From NCBI GenBank assembly GCA_902523495.1, contig CABYZU010000003.1, positions 1,036 through 65,035 of the forward strand: a stretch of 64,000 nt of DNA. Reading direction: 5' to 3'. Origin of the DNA: an uncultured Pelagibacteraceae bacterium (GTDB taxonomy: Bacteria > Pseudomonadota > Alphaproteobacteria > Pelagibacterales > Pelagibacteraceae). A program made the position numbers and the translations under genes. Below, one piece after another: positions 59,186 through 64,000 of the stretch; position 1 is the first letter of the stretch, and each line of letters starts with the position of its first letter. The notes under the pieces were generated by a model. That model saw nothing but the letters and a program-made list of their open reading frames with translations, made no database searches and was not told the origin of the DNA.

Positions 59186-60196
59186 ATGGATTTTCTTAAC
59201 GCATTAATTCTTTTATTAAATTATATTTTTGTTCCTGCTCTTGCCTACGGATCTCAATTAGCGATTGGAGCTATATTTGTAACATTAATTTACGGAATAC
59301 TGCGTTTTGCAAACTTTGCAACTGGAGACATGATGTCGTTTGGCACAATGATTGCAATATTTTTTACATGGTACTTTAAGTCAATTGGTCTATCACTTGG
59401 TTTTTTACCCACAGCACTTTTAGCAATACCTTTTGCAATACTGTTTATGGGTTTATATATGTTAATTATTGATAAGTTTGTATTTAAGTATTACAGATTA
59501 AATAAAAGTCCTCCAGTTCAATTAGCAATGGTAAGTATAGGCGTAATGTTTGTCACTCAAGCAGTTGTAAGAATTATAATTGGTCCATCGGATAGAAGAT
59601 TTTTTGATGGTGAAAAATTTCTAATTAGAGCAAGTGAATTTAAAGATATGACAGGTTTAAATGAGGGACTTGCTATTAAGTCAACTCAAGTAATTACAAT
59701 TGTAGTCACAATAATTTTAGTTTCAATTTTATTCTGGTTTTTAAATAAAACCAAGACTGGAAAAAGTATGAGAGCTTATTCAGATAATGAGGATTTAGCA
59801 TTACTTTCTGGAATAGATCCAAAAAAGATTGTCATGATTACCTGGATGATTGCAGCAATTTTAGCAACAATAGGTGGAGTTTTATATGGTTTAGATAAAA
59901 GTTTTAAACCATTTACTTATTTCAATAACATGCTCCCAATATTTGCTGCTGCTATAGTTGGGGGAATTGGTAATCCTTTTGGGGCTTTCCTTGGAGGTTA
60001 TGTAATTGCATTTTCAGAAATACTTCTGACATACGCATATAAGAAATTCTTTATGTATATGTTACCAGAAAGCATGGAACCTGATGGTTTAATTCAGTTA
60101 CTCTCAACTGATTATAAGTTTGCAGTATCCTTTTCAATATTAGTAATTGTATTGCTTTATCGCCCATCAGGAATATTTAAAGGAAAGATATTGTGA
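59186..60196 (+). CDS. livH: HAAT ABC permease (LivH-like), second system
   Basis: GILRFANFA, GKSMRA, VGGIGNP. Confidence 0.85.
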   Translation: MDFLNALILLLNYIFVPALAYGSQLAIGAIFVTLIYGILRFANFATGDMMSFGTMIAIFFTWYFKSIGLSLGFLPTALLAIPFAILFMGLYMLIIDKFVFKYYRLNKSPPVQLAMVSIGVMFVTQAVVRIIIGPSDRRFFDGEKFLIRASEFKDMTGLNEGLAIKSTQVITIVVTIILVSILFWFLNKTKTGKSMRAYSDNEDLALLSGIDPKKIVMITWMIAAILATIGGVLYGLDKSFKPFTYFNNMLPIFAAAIVGGIGNPFGAFLGGYVIAFSEILLTYAYKKFFMYMLPESMEPDGLIQLLSTDYKFAVSFSILVIVLLYRPSGIFKGKIL

Positions 60197-61563
60197 GAAA
60201 AAATCTAAATGTAATTGCAGCTTACAGTATTATGATGGGATTAATTATCCTTGTCGGGATATTCCAATCTTGGAATATTGCCTTATCTATATTTAATCTT
60301 TGTTTGATCTCAGCTGTCATGACGATGGGTGCTAATATTCAATGGGGTTATGCAGGTTTAATTAACTTTGGAATAATGGGTTTTACCGCATTAGGTGGTC
60401 TAGCTGCAGTTTTAATTTCTGTAAATCCAGTTCAAGAGGCTTGGAGTGCAGGGGGTACCAACATTCTATTAAGTCTATTTCTTATTATTGGAATTGTTTT
60501 AGCTGTTAGATTTGTTCTTAAAAGATATCAAAAATCTAAAATTAGAAATTATGTAATCGCTGCAATTATCATTTCAGGAATAATTATTATACGACTTGTC
60601 TCTGAACCTGGTATTGAGGCAATTGAGGAAGTAAATCCAGCAAGAACTGGATTTCTAGGTGGGTTAGGGCTTCCAATAATTTTTTCTTGGATCGTAGGAG
60701 CTTTTTTTGCAGGGGGATTGGCTTTTGTCATTGGAAAAGTAGCCCTCGGATTAAGAGCTGATTATTTAGCAATAGCCACATTACTAATATCAGAAATAGT
60801 TATAGCAATTATAAAACATGAAGATTGGCTTACTAGAGGTGTTAAAAATGTTATTGGCTTAAAACGTCCTGCTCCCTATGAAGTAAATTTACAACAAACA
60901 GATTGGTTTATAAATCTAGTTGAAAAATTTAATTCTGGAAAACTGGCTTTGATTTCTGATATTATAGAAAGACAAGCAGCTCTTAATCAATTTGTAATTG
61001 AGGGATCATCAATATTTGTAAAACTTTGTTACTCAGGTTTGTTTTTAGTTGTTGTAATTATTCTTTTAATCTTAACTCAAAAAGCTCTTTACTCTCCTTG
61101 GGGTAGAATGATGAGAGCTATAAGAGATAATGAGGAAGCTGCCAATGCTATGGGAAAAAATGTAGTAAAACAACATTTGTTAATTTTTGTTTTAGGATCT
61201 GCAATAGTTGGAATTGCTGGAGCTATGCTTGTAACTCAAGATGGATTATTTACACCAGGAAGCTATAGACCTTTGAGATACACTTTTTTAATTTGGGTAA
61301 TGGTGATTGTTGGTGGAAGTGGAAATAATTTTGGAGCAATTCTTGGTGGTTTTGTTGTTTGGTTTTTATGGATTGAGGCAGCACCAATTGGATTGTACTT
61401 AGTCAATCTAACAACAGCAGGTTTAGAAGATACGCATTTTTTAAAAGTTCATTTAATTGAAAGTGTTCCTTATTTTAGGTTTTTAATGATGGGCATAGGT
61501 TTATTATTAATTATGAGATATAGACCAAAGGGTATACTTCCTGAAAAAATAGAAATAAAATAA
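60193..61563 (+). CDS. livM: HAAT ABC permease (LivM-like), second system
   Basis: GYAGLINFG, LRADYLAI, SPWGRMMRAIRDNE. Confidence 0.85.
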   Translation: MRKNLNVIAAYSIMMGLIILVGIFQSWNIALSIFNLCLISAVMTMGANIQWGYAGLINFGIMGFTALGGLAAVLISVNPVQEAWSAGGTNILLSLFLIIGIVLAVRFVLKRYQKSKIRNYVIAAIIISGIIIIRLVSEPGIEAIEEVNPARTGFLGGLGLPIIFSWIVGAFFAGGLAFVIGKVALGLRADYLAIATLLISEIVIAIIKHEDWLTRGVKNVIGLKRPAPYEVNLQQTDWFINLVEKFNSGKLALISDIIERQAALNQFVIEGSSIFVKLCYSGLFLVVVIILLILTQKALYSPWGRMMRAIRDNEEAANAMGKNVVKQHLLIFVLGSAIVGIAGAMLVTQDGLFTPGSYRPLRYTFLIWVMVIVGGSGNNFGAILGGFVVWFLWIEAAPIGLYLVNLTTAGLEDTHFLKVHLIESVPYFRFLMMGIGLLLIMRYRPKGILPEKIEIK

Positions 61564-61567
61564 GATT

Positions 61568-61639
61568 ATGAAATATATTATTACAGGTGCTGCTATTGCT
61601 TGGGCTATGTATATGGCAGATAAATATTTATTTTTTTAA
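61568..61639 (+). CDS. Putative 23-aa small membrane peptide MKYIITGAAIAWAMYMADKYLFF
   Basis: ATG 4 nt after the livM stop; hydrophobic helix; ends just before the hairpin; below the ORF-track cutoff. Confidence 0.5.
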   Translation: MKYIITGAAIAWAMYMADKYLFF

Positions 61640-61640
61640 A

Positions 61641-61671
61641 AAACCCTCAACATCAAAGATGTTAAGGGTTT
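61641..61671 (-). terminator. Terminator between convergent transcription units
   Basis: Minus strand aaacccttaacatc-ttt-gatgttgagggttt followed by U residues. Confidence 0.8.
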
Positions 61672-61689
61672 AATTTTTTAAAGATAAAA

Positions 61690-62880
61690 TTATCTTTGTT
61701 TTTTAGTTTTGAATTTTCCGCCTTTAACTTCTTGTTCTAAGAAAGAACCTTCAGCTTCACCGACGCTTGTAAAAGTAACTCCAGTTGCACCTTCGTAATC
61801 AACTTTTTTACCTTTAGCTAATAAATCTAAACCTTTTTTAAGTTCACCTGGATAAATCTTTGTTCCAGGACCATTAGCGACATCCATCACATTTTTTGCA
61901 ATTGATGCTCTATCAGTTGAGTTACCCGCTTGCATAGCTAAAACTATTAAAGCAGCTGCATCATAAGATTCTCCTGTGTAAGGACCAGAACTATCAATAC
62001 CAGCAGCACTTGCGACTTTAGCAAATACTCCAGCTCCTTTTCCAGTTGAACCAGGCAATGAACCAAAAGATTTATTCAAATCTTTTCCAAATGCATCAAC
62101 CAAAGATTGACCAATCATACCATCTGATAAAATAAATCTATCAAATGCACCTGAGTCTAAAGATGCTTGAATAATACCTTTACCACCTTGGTCTAAGTAT
62201 CCTATAACTGCTACTGCATCTCCACCTGCTGAAGCAAGTGTTGCTACCTCTGACGAGTAGTCTGCTTTACCATCTTCGTGAGCAGTTACTGTAGTAACTT
62301 TAATACCATGAGCTTCAACAGCTGCTTTATAAACATCTGCTAAACCTTTACCATAGTCGTTATTAGTATAAGTAATCGCTACGCTTTTAATTTTTCTGTC
62401 TTTAGTAACATCAGCTAGGATTTGACCACCTCTAGCATCTGAAGGAGCTGTTCTAAAAAAGTATCCTTTATCGTCAAGAGTTGTTAAACCTGGAGATGTT
62501 GCTGAAGGTGAAATCATTACAACACCATTTGGTACTGCAACATTAGATGCAATAGCACCCGTTACACCTGAACAATCAGCTCCCATAATTGCTGTTACTC
62601 CTTGTGAAATAACACCCTCTGCTGCTGCTGTTGCCGCTGCTGAGTCTACGCAAGTTGAGTCTGCTCTAATTGGTTTAATTTTTTTTCCACCTAATAGTGA
62701 TCCTGAGTCTGAAGCTTCTTTAAAAGCTAATTCAGCAGAAGCAGCCATAGCAGGTGTTAAAGATTCAATAGGTCCGGTAAATCCTAAGATAATCCCCATC
62801 TTAATTGAATGACCATCTGCCATTACGTTTGTTCCAAAACTCGACACAAACATAAATGCAGCAATAATTAATTTTCTCAT
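61690..62880 (-). CDS. HAAT ABC transporter substrate-binding protein, second system
   Basis: Signal peptide, GFTGP, ISPSATSP, FFRTAPSD, NNDYGKG. Confidence 0.9.
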   Translation of the reverse strand: MRKLIIAAFMFVSSFGTNVMADGHSIKMGIILGFTGPIESLTPAMAASAELAFKEASDSGSLLGGKKIKPIRADSTCVDSAAATAAAEGVISQGVTAIMGADCSGVTGAIASNVAVPNGVVMISPSATSPGLTTLDDKGYFFRTAPSDARGGQILADVTKDRKIKSVAITYTNNDYGKGLADVYKAAVEAHGIKVTTVTAHEDGKADYSSEVATLASAGGDAVAVIGYLDQGGKGIIQASLDSGAFDRFILSDGMIGQSLVDAFGKDLNKSFGSLPGSTGKGAGVFAKVASAAGIDSSGPYTGESYDAAALIVLAMQAGNSTDRASIAKNVMDVANGPGTKIYPGELKKGLDLLAKGKKVDYEGATGVTFTSVGEAEGSFLEQEVKGGKFKTKKQR

Positions 62881-63002
62881 TATTATCCTTTTATTGTTAA
62901 CAATTTTAAAAATCTAAATTAAAACCAAATTTTAGAAACTTTCAATAAGCAAATTATTTATTTTTTCTTAAAAATTGATTGTTTTATCAACAAATAATAT
63001 GT

Positions 63003-63614
63003 TTAAAAATATTTTTTGAAGGTTTCGTTAATCGATAGAACACCGTAATCATTCAACCCACCGATAATCAGTTGTAATGCAACAAGCAAAATAAAACCTA
63101 AACCAACATATGCAATCCAAAGGTGTTTTTGAATATAATTCGCAAGATATGTTGCAAGTGCACCTGTTAAGACAACTGATAAAATAAGTCCAAACATCAT
63201 GTAACCAAAATTTCCTTTTGCAGCACCCACTACACCTATGACATTATCAAAACTAATTGTTATATCTGCAAAAAGAACTTTATAAATACTTTTTACAAAA
63301 GATGGCTCCTTAGATTTTTTGGTTGGTGATTTAATCTTTTTAATTTCAAATAGATCCTTTCTCAAATCATTTACAATCCATATTAATAAAAGTCCCCCAA
63401 TAATTTTAACCCAATAAAATTGAAAAAGATAAGTTGCAAATACAGCAAATAAGACTTTAAAAACAAGTGCACCAACAACACCCCAGAAAATAATCAATTT
63501 TCTATTTTTTGGCACAAAGTTAGCAGCAATTAAACCAATTATAATCGCATTATCCGCAGCTAAGATAATATCTATGAAAATAATTTGTAAAAGTATGAGA
63601 GATTCTTCTAACAA
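63003..63614 (-). CDS. TerC/YjbE family membrane protein
   Basis: IDIILAADNAIII, ADITISFDNV. Confidence 0.88.
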   Translation of the reverse strand: MLEESLILLQIIFIDIILAADNAIIIGLIAANFVPKNRKLIIFWGVVGALVFKVLFAVFATYLFQFYWVKIIGGLLLIWIVNDLRKDLFEIKKIKSPTKKSKEPSFVKSIYKVLFADITISFDNVIGVVGAAKGNFGYMMFGLILSVVLTGALATYLANYIQKHLWIAYVGLGFILLVALQLIIGGLNDYGVLSINETFKKYF

Positions 63615-63685
63615 TTTAATAATTTATTCTAATAATTTATATTATAAACTTTTTGATGTCTTTTAAAATATGGATAAAATATGAA

Positions 63686-64000
63686 TTAATATTTTGAAAC
63701 TTTTTTTCCAGCAATTATAGCTTTCAGATCATCATATTCTTTGCAGTTACAATTTTTAAGCACCTCAAGTCTTTCAACTGCAAGATTATGTCTATTTGTT
63801 GCTACATATAATTCCCCAAGATATTCATTGATTCCTATATGTTTAGGATCAATTTTTAAACCTTGTAAGTAATATTTCTCACCTTTTTCAAAATCTCCAA
63901 GTTTTCGAGTAGTAAAACCTAAATAATTTAATGTATCAACTTTGTTAGGATATTTTTTGTTTGATTGAAGTAATAGCTTTTGAGCTTTCTCGTATCTTTT
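63686..64000 (-). CDS. Tetratricopeptide repeat protein, C-terminal part (truncated by window end)
   Basis: Hand translation ...DTLNYLGFTTRKLGDFEKGEKYYLQGLKIDPKHIGINEYLGELYV...SKY*; not in the ORF track. Confidence 0.8.
   Translation of the reverse strand, partial: KRYEKAQKLLLQSNKKYPNKVDTLNYLGFTTRKLGDFEKGEKYYLQGLKIDPKHIGINEYLGELYVATNRHNLAVERLEVLKNCNCKEYDDLKAIIAGKKVSKY

Overview
A very AT-rich, densely packed alphaproteobacterial chromosome segment whose gene content and streamlining suggest Pelagibacterales (SAR11); this taxonomy is an inference. Most of it is core genome: the dcw cluster (ftsI, fused murE-murF, mraY, murD, ftsW, murG, murC, murB, ddl, ftsQ, a reduced ftsA-like gene, no ftsZ, lpxC), bamD, ligA, pepP, uvrD, fumC, thyX, mrp, hflKC, degP, miaA, ilvBNC, leuA, mreBCD-mrdA-rodA, two HAAT-family ABC transporters, azlCD, csiD/glaH, proC and others. 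The standout feature lies next to a circularly permuted two-piece tmRNA gene (minus strand, tag ANESYALAA). It is a 1618-bp integrase-less element bounded by a perfect 26-bp duplication of the tmRNA coding-piece 3' hairpin (24381-24406 and 25999-26024). Paired TGTGCCA arm-type-like motifs sit just inside both ends, and the single cargo gene encodes a multi-zinc-ribbon Vsr/PD-(D/E)xK-like nuclease. Other points of note are a candidate hairpin sRNA between the TIGR03643-like gene and lysE/rhtB, an uncalled 23-aa membrane peptide after livM, and three single-A frameshifts in homopolymers (murD, ftsQ, leuA) that are most likely sequencing errors.
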